Source of the DNA: Tubiluchus corallicola
Taxonomy: Eukaryota > Animalia > Priapulida
Length of the DNA: 34,171 nucleotides
Direction: 5' to 3'
Assembly: GCA_030141605.1 (NCBI GenBank)
Contig: JAQGDQ010000328.1
Span: 201,201 to 235,371 of the forward strand
Position 1 is the first letter of the stretch. Each line of letters opens with the position of its first letter. A program made the translations under genes and the position numbers. Shown here piece after piece: positions 12,303 through 24,776 of the stretch. The notes beneath the pieces are model-generated. The model was given only the letters and a program-made list of their open reading frames with translations, was not told the origin of the DNA and did not search any database.

Positions 12303-12419
12303 GTATAGGTGATTGCTCACCTGATCCTTGCAAAAACGGAGCTACGTGTATAGACAATGCAGATGATACATACACTTGCAACTGTGTCAGTGGATTCACT
12401 GGAGTCAATTGTAGAATAG
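12303..12419 (+). CDS. Exon E2 (identical to E1)
   Basis: AG/GT, 117 bp. Confidence 0.92.
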
Positions 12420-12954
12420 GTAAAGATTGTCACACTGCAACTAATAGGGAGAGGTACCCTATTTTAAGCAAAAACCTGATTATCTATGTGGTTTATTGTC
12501 TAACCAAGTTAAGTGCACCTTTTTAATTAAAAATATCTCTTTTCATAGCATCACTTTTTTCTTGCTGTAACTTTACTTGTAAACCAGGTTAAAAACTTCT
12601 TTTTTAACTGTTTTTATCCGTTTTTATCTGTTTTTGTTTAACATTTAGGCCTACCAACGTTATTATTGTAAAAAAGATGTTACATGTAGACCCATTCACT
12701 ATTGTGGCTTGTGACTGATATCTTAATTGCAAACTCCATTCACTAATAAAGTAGAATACCAAGATGTTACCTGTTTACAATGACAAACATTGTAGAATGG
12801 TTTTATGTACCTGCCGATGTAGCACTCAGATGGGCATTTCTATTTTAAACGCCACATTTAGAAAGAAACCATCTTTGTGGGATTTTCCTTTTGGGATCTG
12901 TTGTTAAATACAGCTCTAGCAACAATTTCTCCTAATAGACTTTATCATTTTTAG

Positions 12955-13071
12955 GTCCAGGTGATTGCGAACCCAACCCTTGCAAAAACGAAGCTATATG
13001 CACAGAAAACGAAGATGATACTTACATCTGTTCTTGTCCTGCCAATAGGACTGGTGATAATTGTGACGAAG
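12955..13071 (+). CDS. Exon A3: GPGDCEPNPCKNEAICTENEDDTYICSCPANRTGDNCDE
   Basis: AG/GT, 117 bp, 6 Cys. Confidence 0.92.
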
Positions 13072-13552
13072 GTAATGTTCGACACAATATAGCTGTTATA
13101 GTTCTACAGTATTAATAATTGAATACAAGCAATCACTTTTTTCGAACAGATGATTGCATACAAAAACACCAGTTTGATTTTGTCAGTTATAACTGCAAAT
13201 CACAGTGATCCAGCCATCCTATTAATGAATTTCGTGTTTTAGCTAAATGATACTGACTGACTGTTTCGTTTTTGTAAGACTTTGCTACACTCAGACAGAA
13301 ACTCTACAAGTAACATTCAGACTACTTGGAGATTTTACACGTAAGCTGTAAAAAGAGTCAAACTTTCTTCTTGCTTGAATGTACAATACCAAAACTTACT
13401 TTCCTACGACAATACATTACTGCTAATTTCAATGATTTGCTTTCAATGGTTTTTACGTTTGAATGGTTACGTTTTATGCTGTCTTTTCCTCATGTTATCT
13501 CTACATTGTAGTATAGTTTGAGATATACACCAACATTTTGGTGGTTTTTTAG

Positions 13553-13669
13553 GTATTGGAGACTGCACGCCTAATCCTTGTCAAAATGGAGGTACATGTA
13601 CATCGCCTTCAAAAGATAAATACTCTTGCACTTGTTCTCCTGGATTTATTGGAGTTAATTGTGATATAG
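13553..13669 (+). CDS. Exon B3: [39 protein letters not shown]
   Basis: AG/GT, 117 bp, 6 Cys. Confidence 0.92.
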   Translation, partial: VLETARLILVKMEVHVHRLQKINTLALVLLDLLELIVI

Positions 13670-14318
13670 GTAAGGACTGACACCGTGTACCTGTTATGGA
13701 GATTATCTTGAATTAAGTGATGGCTTCATTATAGATGTCTATCTTACATAGATAATTATAACTCAGCGTAACTTTTCAAGCTCTTAAATTCTAGTTTAAA
13801 CATCAACTTTCTTTCATTGCAATAATCCTGTTGTCTACATAAATAATTACAAGTGAACATGATTTTTTAAGCTTTTAAGATCTATTTTAAACATCAATTG
13901 TTTTTTCTTCACAATAATTTTACTTGTAGCATAAAGATGCTAACTCATTTGTGATTTTTAACATTTTTTGTTTTTATTTACACATTATTAATTGGATACC
14001 CAAGTATGGTAAAACTATACTGCATGTAAAGATGAAGAAATACAATAACCACGTTGTATTTCTCGATTTACATTATAAATTATAAATTCTGCTGTTACAA
14101 GAAGTGCAATATATCTAGTACTACAGCTTCTAAATGAAAATGTTACTATCTGCAAAGAATCAACGTATATATCTACATTTAAAAGCGATACTGCTTCATT
14201 TTAGATATCTATACTACGAAAAGCAACAACTTTCAAGACATTACACTAAACGTTTTTTTAATGTCAATCCAGCAAAGCAACATTCTTTACTGGATTTTAG
14301 AGCTTTTACGTCTTTTAG

Positions 14319-14432
14319 ATGCTAAAGATTGCTCTCCCAATCCCTGTCAAAATGGAGCTACATGTACACAGGGGAGCAATTCCTACACTTGCAAATGTGT
14401 TGATGGTTTTACAGGAGATAATTGTGATAAAG
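14319..14432 (+). CDS. Exon C3: DAKDCSPNPCQNGATCTQGSNSYTCKCVDGFTGDNCDK
   Basis: AG/GT, 114 bp, 6 Cys. Confidence 0.92.
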
Positions 14433-14500
14433 GTAAAGAGCACCACAATGTAGCTGCGTTAATGGAGATAAGGCCTACTGTAAATCAAATGAAATTGTAT

Positions 14501-15146
14501 ATGTGTGCTTGCATAGCAAAATTGTCGATAAGTTGGGATTAACGTTTTCTAGTTATTCACATATCCTGAATCTCATGACGATCATTATGATAGCAAGCTC
14601 TTTGCACTATGTTGTTTGTTAGCTGAGACAATCCATCTTGAAGTTGAGGTGCAGGCTATGCTATGAAAAACATAATCTTGAGATAATCGCTGTTAAACTC
14701 AGCCATTGTTTTTTGTCGTGTTTTTACAAAACACTTAGCAACCGTACGAAAGTACGGTTGCTATGAACTTTGTAAGAGCACATCGAAGTTATGTTCAAAT
14801 TCAGTAGATGGCTCTTCGTGATGAAGATTTGAGCTTGTCAACAGAAAAAAGCCGAAGCAAAATGACAGCTTCGACGAGCTACCATTGGTATTTGAAAATA
14901 CAATTGCAATACTAGTTTCTAGCCAGAGAATGGGAATGGGGCTACAAAATTAGATTTTTAGTAGTTTTTGGACATTTTATTGATAATTTCATGCTAGAAT
15001 AATAAAGTTCAATATACTTAGCATTTGTTTTTGTAAAAGTAAAATATCAACATTATACCATAATTTTGGTGCATTCTACTTTGCTGCATCATAACGTAGT
15101 TTTAACTGTGCCGATTTATGGACAGCTATGGTTTGCACGAACACAT
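14501..15146. mobile_element. MITE-like non-autonomous DNA transposon (~650 bp) with degenerate ~35-bp TIRs
   Basis: Absent from other C-D introns. Left end atgtgtgcttgcatagcaaaattgtcgataagttgg; right end reverse-complemented atgtgttcgtgcaaaccatagctgtccataaatcgg. No clear TSD. Confidence 0.7.
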
Positions 15147-15753
15147 GCATTTCAATATCCTTATAAATAGTAGTAATTAAATTCACATATTTCATTTTAT
15201 TTCAAAGCAGTTTATATATATATATATATATCAAAAACATTTTCTGCAGTAATCTTTCTGACAAGATTAAGTAAATAACGTAACATGTAGATGACGACAT
15301 TTTGAAGATGAGTTTGGGTTAGATATAACAAATTTACATTTTGAACTGGGCTAATAAGTATTCTTGCTCCCCATTATAATTTATTATTAGACTATATCTT
15401 AAGTGAGATTATTGTTAATGTTATCTCCATATCATGTATTTTTGAATAAGATATATAAGTGTAACGTTGGCAGGTCAAATAAATAAACTCGAAGTCTTGT
15501 GTGGAGACAAACTATCATCCTTGTAATCACTTCGCAAGAAGTGCAATCCAAAATTTTACTTTTTTAACATTATTATCAGCATCTTTGTGTAACTGTCACT
15601 GCGCCATCTACGATTGTCTACGTTGTTTGTTTTTAAATATTGTCAATTTCAAAAGAAGTATCTTTTTGGGATGAAATAGTGTTTTTCAAGTGTTTATGCA
15701 ACGACGCAGCTTGACGTTACCAAATTTCGAGTGTGGGTTTTTACCATTTTTAG

Positions 15754-15870
15754 GTCCAGGTTTTTGTTCACCTAATCCTTGTAAAAACGGAGGTGCATGT
15801 ATTGAAAACGGACAAGCTACGTACACTTGCAATTGTGTTCATGGATTCACTGGAGTTGACTGTAGTGAAG
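15754..15870 (+). CDS. Exon D3: [39 protein letters not shown]
   Basis: AG/GT, 117 bp, 6 Cys. Confidence 0.92.
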
Positions 15871-16430
15871 GTAAAATTTGCCATAATAAATCCGATAGGG
15901 ATTACCCAGTGTTAAGGACAAGCCTAAATACAAATGTATTTTATTATCTACCAAAAGCAAGTGGCACACTTTCATTTTTTGGAAAGCAAAAAATGTTTTT
16001 CTCAATAGCAAAGTAAGTGATTTACTTAACACGTTTCCTAAGACTTAATTACAGTTATGTATAGCATTTTATTATAACCTCTATATAATTGTTTGTATTT
16101 CTACGTACTACTGTCTCTTATGGATATATTTAACGACATTTTTTCAATTTGCTTAATTAATTTCAGCTTAACTGCAATAAAATGGTGCTACATGTAAAAG
16201 TAGCTCTGTGATCATGTAGAAATTTCTTATATTAGAATTTAAACAATCCTTTTCATACCTTTCAATCCTTTCTTCACAATGACATAACCAAATGCTGCAG
16301 TTTCTAGTATCTTGCCATTTTATATTGCCAATTACAAGGCAATTTTCTTTTGTGACACTGTACTGTTTTGTAATAATGTTGTTGCAATGAAACAGTATAG
16401 TTCCACTGATGTTTGTGGCTTTATTCTTAG

Positions 16431-16547
16431 GTATTGGTGATTGCTCACCTAATCCTTGTGAAAATGGAGCTACGTGTTTAGACAATGCAGACGATACATA
16501 CACTTGCAAGTGTGTCATTGGATTCACTGGAATCAATTGTAGAATAG
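16431..16547 (+). CDS. Exon E3: [39 protein letters not shown]
   Basis: AG/GT, 117 bp, 6 Cys. Confidence 0.92.
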
Positions 16548-17080
16548 GTAAAGATTGCCACATTGCAGCTAATAAGGAGAGTTACCTTGTTTTAAATAAA
16601 AACCTGGTTATCGATGTGTCTTATTGTCTAACCAAGTTAAGTGCACATTTCTAATTTAAAAATATTTTTTCTGATGACATTTGCTTTTTTCTTGCTCTAA
16701 TTTTACTTGTAAACTAGATTGAATACTTCTTCTTTAACTGTTTTTTATCCGTTTTTATCTGCTTTTGTTTAACATTTAGGCCTACCAATATTATTATTGT
16801 AAAAAGATGCTATATGTAGACCAATGCACTACTACTGTAACTGATATTTTAATTGCAAACTCCATTCACTAATAAAGTGGGATACCAAGATGTAACTGTT
16901 TACAATGACACACATTGTACAATGGTTTTAGGTACATGCCGATGCAGCACTCAGATGGGCAAGTCTATTTTAAATATCACATTTAGAAAGAAACCATCTT
17001 TGTGGGATTACATTTTTTGGGATCTAATTTTAAATACAGCTCTAGTGACAGCTTCTCTTAAGAAGTTTTATCGGCTTTAG

Positions 17081-17197
17081 GTCCAGGTGATTGCGAACCC
17101 AATCCTTGCAAAAACGAAGCTATATGTACAGATAACAGAGATGGTACTTACACTTGTTCCTGTCCTGCTGACGTCACTGGAGATAATTGTGATGAAG
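17081..17197 (+). CDS. Exon A4: GPGDCEPNPCKNEAICTDNRDGTYTCSCPADVTGDNCDE
   Basis: AG/GT, 117 bp, 6 Cys; following intron shortened to 217 bp. Confidence 0.92.
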
Positions 17198-17414
17198 GTA
17201 ATGTTCGACACAATATAGCTGTTATGGTTCCACGTTAGTAATAATTGAACACGAATGTTCAAATTTTTCTGTACAGGTAATAACATGTTGTTCATTTTTG
17301 GATTATGGTGATTGTAAGAGGAATAATTTCTGATTTGACTCATGCTATCTTTTTCTAACTATATAGTATAGTTTAAGATATAGACCAACATTTTAGTTGC
17401 TTTATCAATTTTAG

Positions 17415-17531
17415 GTATTGGAGATTGCACGCCTAATCCTTGTAAAAATGGAGGTACATGTACATATCTTACAGAAGATACTTACTCTTGTGCTTGTCCT
17501 CCTGGATTTATTGGAGTTGATTGTGATGAAG
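17415..17531 (+). CDS. Exon B4: [39 protein letters not shown]
   Basis: AG/GT, 117 bp, 6 Cys. Confidence 0.92.
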
Positions 17532-17610
17532 GTAAGGACTGATACTGTGTACCTGTTATGGAGATTATCTTGAATTATGTGAAGGCCTCGTTGTCTATCT
17601 TATTGTTTAC

Positions 17611-17895
17611 TGCATCAAAGAAAGTTTATAAGAATATTAAACAATTTATCTAAACGTACCGCTATTGGTATGTTCTTATTTAATGAATGTGGTATATTAA
17701 TTCTCGAAGATTTGATTATATATCACATGTCTATTTATATATGCAAGACATACTACAACTTGTTTCCCACTTCCTTTACAAATCCAATTACAACACATCC
17801 TAAACATGTTTCTTTCTTAAATCATATTGTAAGTTGATGTATTGTACTGTATAAGTATTGCTAGTGTGACACAAATTGATTTGATTTGATTTCAT
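17611..17895 (+). mobile_element. Probable 5'-truncated non-LTR retrotransposon 3' end (CR1/L2-like), copy 1
   Basis: 285-bp insert relative to other B-C introns, ending in an (ATTTG)n tail aaattgatttgatttgatttc, flanked by tttac on both sides. Family assignment is inferred from the tail only. Confidence 0.6.
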
Positions 17896-18355
17896 TTTAC
17901 ATAAATAATTACAAATAAACATAATTTTTAAGCTTTCGAGATATATTTTAAACATCAATCGCTTTTTCTTCACAATAATATTACTTGCTGCATAGTGTAG
18001 CTAACACATTTTTTACAATTTTATGTTTTTGTTTAGACGTTATTAATTGCATATCTAAGTATAGGAAAACTGAGCTCCATGTAAAGATAAAGAAGTACAA
18101 TAACTACTCCACTATTTTTCGATTTAAATTATAAATCTTCTGTTTTATACCAAATACTAAATCTTCTTTATGAAAACATTACTATCTGCAAAATACTAAC
18201 GTATATACCTACATTTAAACAGCTATACTGCTTCTTTTTGGATATTAGTGCTACCAAAGGCAACAACGTTTGGGACACTACACTATACTTTGCTCTAATG
18301 TCAATGAAGCAAAGTGACATTTTTTACTGAATTTTAAAGGTTTTACATCTTTTAG

Positions 18356-18469
18356 ATGCTAAGGATTGCTCTCCCAATCCCTGTCAAAATGGAGCTAAAT
18401 GTACTGTTGGCAGCGATTCTTACACTTGCACATGTGTTGATGGTTTTACAGGAGATAATTGCGATAAAG
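18356..18469 (+). CDS. Exon C4: DAKDCSPNPCQNGAKCTVGSDSYTCTCVDGFTGDNCDK
   Basis: AG/GT, 114 bp, 6 Cys. Confidence 0.92.
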
Positions 18470-19408
18470 GTAAGGAGCGCCACAATACAGCTGCATTAAT
18501 GGAGATTAGTCCTACTCTGAATCAAATAAAATTATAGATGTGATTCAATATCTTTATAGGTAATAGTAATTAAATTAACGTATTTCATTTTATCTCAAAG
18601 CAATCATACGTATACATCAAAAAGCATTTTCTGCATTGATTCTTTGACAATAAGTAAATTTGCCATCTTTTTAAAGAATTTTTTATTTCAACTTAGGCAT
18701 ACCAGACAGTGATAAAATTACAGTACGTAACATAACATGTAGATGACGACGTGGCATGACATGTAGATGACGATCTGTTTGTCTTAGATGCAACGAGTTT
18801 ACGTTTTGAAGTAGGCCAATAAGCACTCTTACTGCCCATTATAATTTACTATTAGACTATATCTTTAAATAAGATATTGTCGATCAGTGGTAGCTTGAAG
18901 CTAAAATTAGTGGTGCTAAATTTTTAGATATTGTTTTAATGTTGTGTAAAACCTAACAGACATGATTATGTAATTTTAATGTTGTAGTTATGCTTGAAGA
19001 TCAGGTGTAGAATGGTTTCTTTTCTTAACAACTTTCTCAATGAGAGACAATTGTGAAAAAGTAAGCTGCTGTAGTTCACTTATAGTCACAGAACTTATTT
19101 CTTGGAGATTCAAGGCATCCATTATTAAATAATTTATGTTTTAATCATATACGCTAAGTTTACACTTTATCATATCCAAGAATATGATGGTACACGGTAA
19201 GCATGTGATAATTCTTACTGGGCTCGGAAACAGTACTGTTCTACCTAGCAGCAGACGCTAGCGTACAGCGTGTTATCTCAAACAAGTGCGCATGGGTGCA
19301 TGCGCACAACACTAAAACACCATTGCTTAGGTTGTGAAACAAAGTGTACTTCTTTTACATGCTCCAGTTCCACCCAAGTATAAAAAAACGACTCTGTACT
19401 GCTCTAGT

Positions 19409-20744
19409 ATTACCACGGGTAGAAGTACCGACATTAGACACCATAACATCAGCACCTTCAGTAGTACTGGGCTCATCTACATGAATGTACATGGTATGTT
19501 TCTTGCCACATCCACGTACTGAACAAACAGATTTCTTCCCACACCTCTCTGTCGTATGAGATGACAACAAGCAGTTGTGGCATAACTTGAACCTCTGAAC
19601 AACACCAAGTCTATCGTGATTATTCATCTTCTTGAATTGCTCACAGTGCCACAAGCGATGATGTTCACTTCAAGGAACACATGGTGGTTCTGGTTTAGCA
19701 TATGAGTTGTTGTAGATACTCCTTTGTTAGACCTGACACCATCCACTGCTGAAACAAAATTGGATGACCGTATTGCACGTTTCTCATTTGAGTTACTCTG
19801 TTTCTTCATACTAAACTGGCCATAAAGTGGATCATTGATATCTGCTGCAACATCGTTAACAAACTCCACCACAGCGACCTGAAACCTGGATACGCCCCAG
19901 TGTTCTTTTTCACCTCGAGCGCATGCTTCTTCCACTTGATTTGGATGTATGGCTGTAATCTCTAAAATGATGGTTTGAGAATCGACTTCCTGCAACTGAT
20001 GTAATTGGCCCAAAATAACAACTGCATTACTCATTTCATCAGCTAGCTGCTGCACGTCTTGTGGAGATCTAACTGGTTTACCATGCCTCATTTGCCTGAC
20101 CAATTGCTCAGTCACAAGGTGTGAATTGACAAACCTCTCTTCCAAAATTTCAATTGCTTTTCCATTCCCCCTGTCTCCACCAATCAGCTGACACCATCTA
20201 ATGGCTGCCTTGGCTGGTCCATCAGTATACTGCATAAGCCTGGACAACTTGAGATCACTGTCAGCACAAATACAATCAACATTCTGTTCAAATGCTTTAA
20301 TGAACTGATGTACTGAAGCGGATCTCCATTAAAAGTCTGTAACTCAACTTTTGGCATGTTGAGCAAAATCACCAGCTCACCCCTGGTAATGTCCTCATTA
20401 CCAAATCCTGAACCAGCCCAACTGGTCTTCTTTACTGGTGACCCCACTGGAGACCTCTGTTTCACATCTGTAGTATACTGCTTTGCTAAATTCAGAACTG
20501 TGATGTAGTCTTCCTGCACCTTGTAGAAATAAGCATCACTGGTTTCCAAGTCATCCTCAGTATCCAAAATCTGATGATAAGAATCATGTGCTTTGGTGAA
20601 CTCCTTGAAGATGCCCTTCAGTCTTTCAGCTCTTTCAGCTGATTTTTCCATGTCATCTTCTGCTAGCAACTGCTTGACCTGATTGACATCTTTAGTGACT
20701 GCCCTCTTGGCCTTTGATCTCGCATTATTCAACTCAGCTGCCAT
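19409..20744 (-). pseudogene. gag: BEL/Pao LTR-retrotransposon gag, frameshifted
   Basis: MAAELNNARSKAKR... from 20744; PKVELQTFNGDPLQY (DUF1759-like); YTDGPAKAAI; BEL-type Cys/His knuckles CHNCLLSSHTTERC...CSVRGCGKKHTMYIH; split over three ORFs. Confidence 0.88.
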
Positions 20745-20775
20745 GATGAAACGTTTTTGCACTCTAGCATACCCC

Positions 20776-21587
20776 TTTACCACTAGAGCAGTACACATTG
20801 AGTAGCTCAACCGTCTGGAAACAGAGTCCTTCCTTAACAGCTTTCGAAGATTCGCTCCACGCAGAGGTTTACCGGAGAAGGTTGTCTGCGACAATGGTAC
20901 CAATTTTGTTGGCGGCAAGTCAGAGCTCAAGCAAAGTATGAAAGACTTGAGCGAAGAAGATATTCAATCATATGCAGTGAAGCAGGAGATTGATTGGCAT
21001 TTTAATCCTCCCGGAGCCTCACATATGGGTGGTCTCTGGGAAAGGATGATTCGCAGCACGCATCGAATTTTAGCTGCCTTGTTATCTAAAGCCGCTCTCA
21101 CTGATGAGATGTTGGAGACGTTGTAGACATTTTGCGAAGTAGAGTCTATACTGAATGGCAGGCCAATCACAAAGTTGAGTGATGATCCTCGTGACTCCAA
21201 GCCATTGACACCTAATCATATTCTTCTCCTTCGTGAAGGACCTACTTTGCCACCAGGCAAATTTGATTCAGACGATTTTTATCGCCGACGCTGGAGATAT
21301 GTGCAGAATTTAGCTGATCAATTCTGGCGCAAGTGGGTGAGGGCCTACTTGCCTGAGCTTCAACGGAGAGGAAAATTGATGGACTTGAAAGAAAACTTGA
21401 AGCCTGGTGATCTAGTTTTGGTGTTAGATGAAAACACTCCGAGATGTTTATGGCCATTCGCTCTGGTCAGCGATGTCATGACAGGGAAGGCTTGGTGCGA
21501 ACTGTCAAGGTGAAGACTCGAACATCAGAGTTGGTTCGTCCGATCGCAAAACTGGTGCTGTTGGAAGCTACTTTGAAGGATGCTTAG
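20776..21587 (+). pseudogene. BEL/Pao integrase core and C-terminal domain, with stops and a frameshift
   Basis: FTTRAVHIE*...SFLNSFRRF..RRG.P...DNGTNFVG...WHFNPPGASHMGGLWERMIRS...EVESILNGRPIT...PLTPNHIL...QFWRKW...YLPELQ...RPIAKLVLL; TAG at 21585-21587. Confidence 0.93.
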
Positions 21588-21656
21588 TATCGTTGATGCT
21601 GTTGATACCAGTCATGTAGTTTTTGGTCATGGTGTGGTAGAATCGCAATTATTCTA

Positions 21657-22319
21657 CGGTGGGGAGTGTTATCTTTCAGGCTAGCTTGGGTACAGTGAAG
21701 CCAGGTGTATTGAATCTAGAGTGTCATTCATTTTTGCATTACTGTAGAGTTTGTTTGACATGCTTGGCCTCTCTTGTATGAGAGGTTAGATAGCCTTAGA
21801 ATAGGAAAAAATCCTGTTTTAGTGGTATAGTAGTTGTGAGGTCAGTATGCTACTGTTGTAAAATCAGTATGTCTCTGTTGATTTCGGAAAACTGGCTTAA
21901 AGTTTTTTCTACAGATCCTTAAACATTTGTAAGTTCATATGTTTCTTCATTTTTATGCAAAGCTTTGCAGTAATTTATTTGTCAGCTTAATAGTTTCTAA
22001 TAGTGTTACAGTGATGCCTAATTATTTATTTTTGCAACCGCATATGCATATGCATGTTTTTGTGTAGGCGTGCATGTTGATTTGTGATATGTCAGGAAGT
22101 TTATTTCTTAGTAAGCTTCAGTATGCTTGTTAATTTGCTAAAGCTTGTTCCTTTATTTATTTTTTGCACGTCTGTTATGGATTTATTTTTGTTTCATGTT
22201 CTTTTTTCTTGTTTCTATTCCAGTTTCACCTTTTTTACAATGAGTGGAAAATAAAATCTGTAAACAAATAGCCAGTTTTCTACAATAGTGAATACAATTG
22301 ATAATAATGTGTGAAAACA
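21657..22319 (+). mobile_element. Polypurine tract (21657-21666) and 3' LTR of the BEL/Pao element
   Basis: cggtggggag|TGTTATC starts the LTR at 21667; AATAAA near 22250; GAAAACA at 22319 matches the start 6/7 in inverse. Right end uncertain (22266-22335). Confidence 0.72.
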
Positions 22320-22712
22320 GGGGTTCTGCAGTACGGTAGTACCGTAGTACATGAACAGACACTGCTGTTGATGTTATCTCCATATCGTGTATTTTTGAAT
22401 AAAATATGTTAGTTTACAATTGGCACTTGGAATAGAGCAACTTGAAGTTTCATGTGGAGACAAATTAACATATTTGTAATCACCTCACAAAAAGTACAAT
22501 GCAAAAATTTTACTTTTTGATATTATTATTGGCATCTTAATGTAACTGTCATTGCGTCATCAATCAATTTTTTTGTCTACATTTTTCGTTTTTAAACAGT
22601 GACAATTTCAGAAGGAGTACCTCTGGGACACAACTGTGTTTTTTCAAATGTTTATGTAACGACGCAGCTTGACGTCACGAAATTTCTAGTGTGCATTTTT
22701 ACCATATTTCAG

Positions 22713-22829
22713 GTCCAGGTTTTTGCGAACCTAATCCTTGCGAAAATGGAGCTAAATGTCTAGAAAACGGTGATGATACATACACTTGCAATTGTGTTCA
22801 TGGATTCACTGGAGTTGACTGTAGTGAAG
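22713..22829 (+). CDS. Exon D4: [39 protein letters not shown]
   Basis: AG/GT, 117 bp, 6 Cys. Confidence 0.92.
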
Positions 22830-23377
22830 GTAAAAATTGACACAATGAATCTGATAGGAATTACCCAGTGTTAAGGACAAGCCTAAATACAGATGTATTT
22901 TATTATCTACTCAAAGTAAGTGCACACTATAATTCGTTTTGAAAACAAAAAAGTGTTTTCTCAATGTGCAAAGTGAGTGGCTTCCTCAATACTGTTTGCG
23001 AATATTTATTTATAGTTATGTATATCTTTTTACTATAACCTCTATAGGATTGTTTGTATTGCTACATGCTACTGGCTCCTATGTAAATATTTAACTGCCT
23101 TTTTTGTCAATTTGTTTAATTAATAACAGCTTAACTGCTATAAAATGGTGCTTTTCGTAAAAGTAGCTATGTAATCGTAGAAATTTCTTAGCAAAGTGTT
23201 TCGCCAGAATCTTAACCTTTCTTCAATATGATATAACTACTTGCTTCAGTTTTTTGCATCTTGTTTTTGTATTGACAATTACAAAGCAAATATTTTTAGA
23301 GACACTGCACTGGTTTTAATAATATTGTTACAATTTTATCAGTATGGTTCCATTGATGTTTATGGCTTTATTCTTAG

Positions 23378-23494
23378 GTATTGGTGATTGCTCACCTAAT
23401 CCTTGCGAAAACGGAGCTACGTGTTTAGACAATGCAGACGATACATACACTTGCAAGTGTGTCAGTGGATTCACTGGAATCAATTGCAGAATAG
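23378..23494 (+). CDS. Exon E4: [39 protein letters not shown]
   Basis: AG/GT, 117 bp, 6 Cys. Confidence 0.92.
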
Positions 23495-24004
23495 GTAAAG
23501 ATTGCCACACTGCAGCTAATTGGGAGAGTTCCCTTATTTTAAGCAAAAACCTGATTATCTATGTGTCTTATTATCTAACGAAGTTAAGTGCACACTTCTA
23601 AATAAAAATATCTCTTTTCAGAACATCACTTTTCTCTTGTTCTTACCTTACTTATAAACTAGGTTGAATACATCATCTCTAACTGTTTTTAACTATTTTT
23701 CATCTGTTTCGTTTAACATTTAAACCTACCTCTGTTGTTGTTGTAAAATGATGCTACATAAAACCCATACACTTCTGTAACTGACATTTGTGTTGCAAAC
23801 TCCATTTACAAATAAAGTGGAAAACCAAAATGTTACGTTTTGACGATGACATGCATAAGTACAATAGTTTTATGTGTCTGCTGATGCAGCACTCAGATGG
23901 TCATGTTTACTTTAAAGATCGCATTTACAAAGAAACCTTTTCGGGATCCTTTTTTAAATACAGCTTTAGTAACAGTTTCTCTTATGAGGCTTTATCGTTT
24001 TTAG

Positions 24005-24121
24005 GTCCAGGCGATTGCGAACCCAATCCTTGCAAAAACGAAGCTATATGCACAGATAACGAAGATGGTACATACACTTGCACTTGTCCTGCTGATGTGA
24101 CTGGAGATGATTGTGATGAAG
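24005..24121 (+). CDS. Exon A5: GPGDCEPNPCKNEAICTDNEDGTYTCTCPADVTGDDCDE
   Basis: AG/GT, 117 bp, 6 Cys. Confidence 0.92.
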
Positions 24122-24659
24122 GTAATATTTGACACAATATAGCTATTGTGGTTCTACATTAATAATTGATGAATACAAATGTTCACTTTTTATGAACAGA
24201 TAATTACGTACAAATAACATTTTGTTTGGCTTTGTCAGTTATAACTGCAATTCACAGTGATCCTGCCATCCTTCTATTGAATTTGTTGCTTCAGCTAGAT
24301 AATACTGACTGAATATTTTATTTTTGTAAGACTGTGCTACACTCAGACAGAAAGTCTACAAGGTGCATTCTTACTACTTGGCAACCTTTCACGTAAACTA
24401 AAAGAAATGCCAACCTTTCTTTTTGCTTGAATGTACAGTACCAAAACTTACTTTTCAATGATAATACATCACTGCTAGTATCAATGGTATGGGATAAGCT
24501 GCTTCCCTTTGAATACTTATGTTGTTCCTTTTTGGATTGTGGTGATTGTAAAAAGAATAAGTTTTGATTTGATTTATGCTATCTTTTCCTCATGTTATCT
24601 CTACAATGTAGTATAGTTTCAGATATACACCAACATTTTAGTGGCTTTATAATTTTTAG

Positions 24660-24776
24660 GTATTGGAGGTTGCTGGCCAGATCCTTGTCAAAATGGAGGT
24701 ACATGTACATCACCTATGCAAAATAAATACTCTTGCAAGTGTCCTCCTGGATTTATTGGAGTTCATTGTGATAAAG
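24660..24776 (+). CDS. Exon B5: [39 protein letters not shown]
   Basis: AG/GT, 117 bp, 6 Cys. Confidence 0.92.

Larger units (their letters stand above)
18885..22364. mobile_element. 3.48-kb composite insertion with CAGTG...CACTG ends and degenerate 8-bp TSD (hAT-like envelope)
   Basis: The empty site in other units reads attgttgatgttatctcc. Here ttgtcgat (18877-18884) precedes and ctgttgat (22365-22372) follows the insert. No transposase inside. Confidence 0.62.

Noticed and set aside
14736-14763. Hammerhead ribozyme or rho-independent terminator at the GAAA hairpin
   Set aside because: No CUGANGA core nearby, no U-tract, and the context is a eukaryotic intron.
15213-15231. (TA)n run
   Set aside because: Ordinary short microsatellite.
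19044-19065. gagacaattgtgaaaaag resembling the end of a C exon inside the 3.5-kb insert
   Set aside because: Only 18 bp, no upstream EGF similarity; plausible by chance in AT-rich DNA.
20184-20930. 248-aa minus-strand ORF as a single protein
   Set aside because: Chimeric: the first ~60 codons are antisense integrase and junction; gag-like sequence starts at Met 20744.
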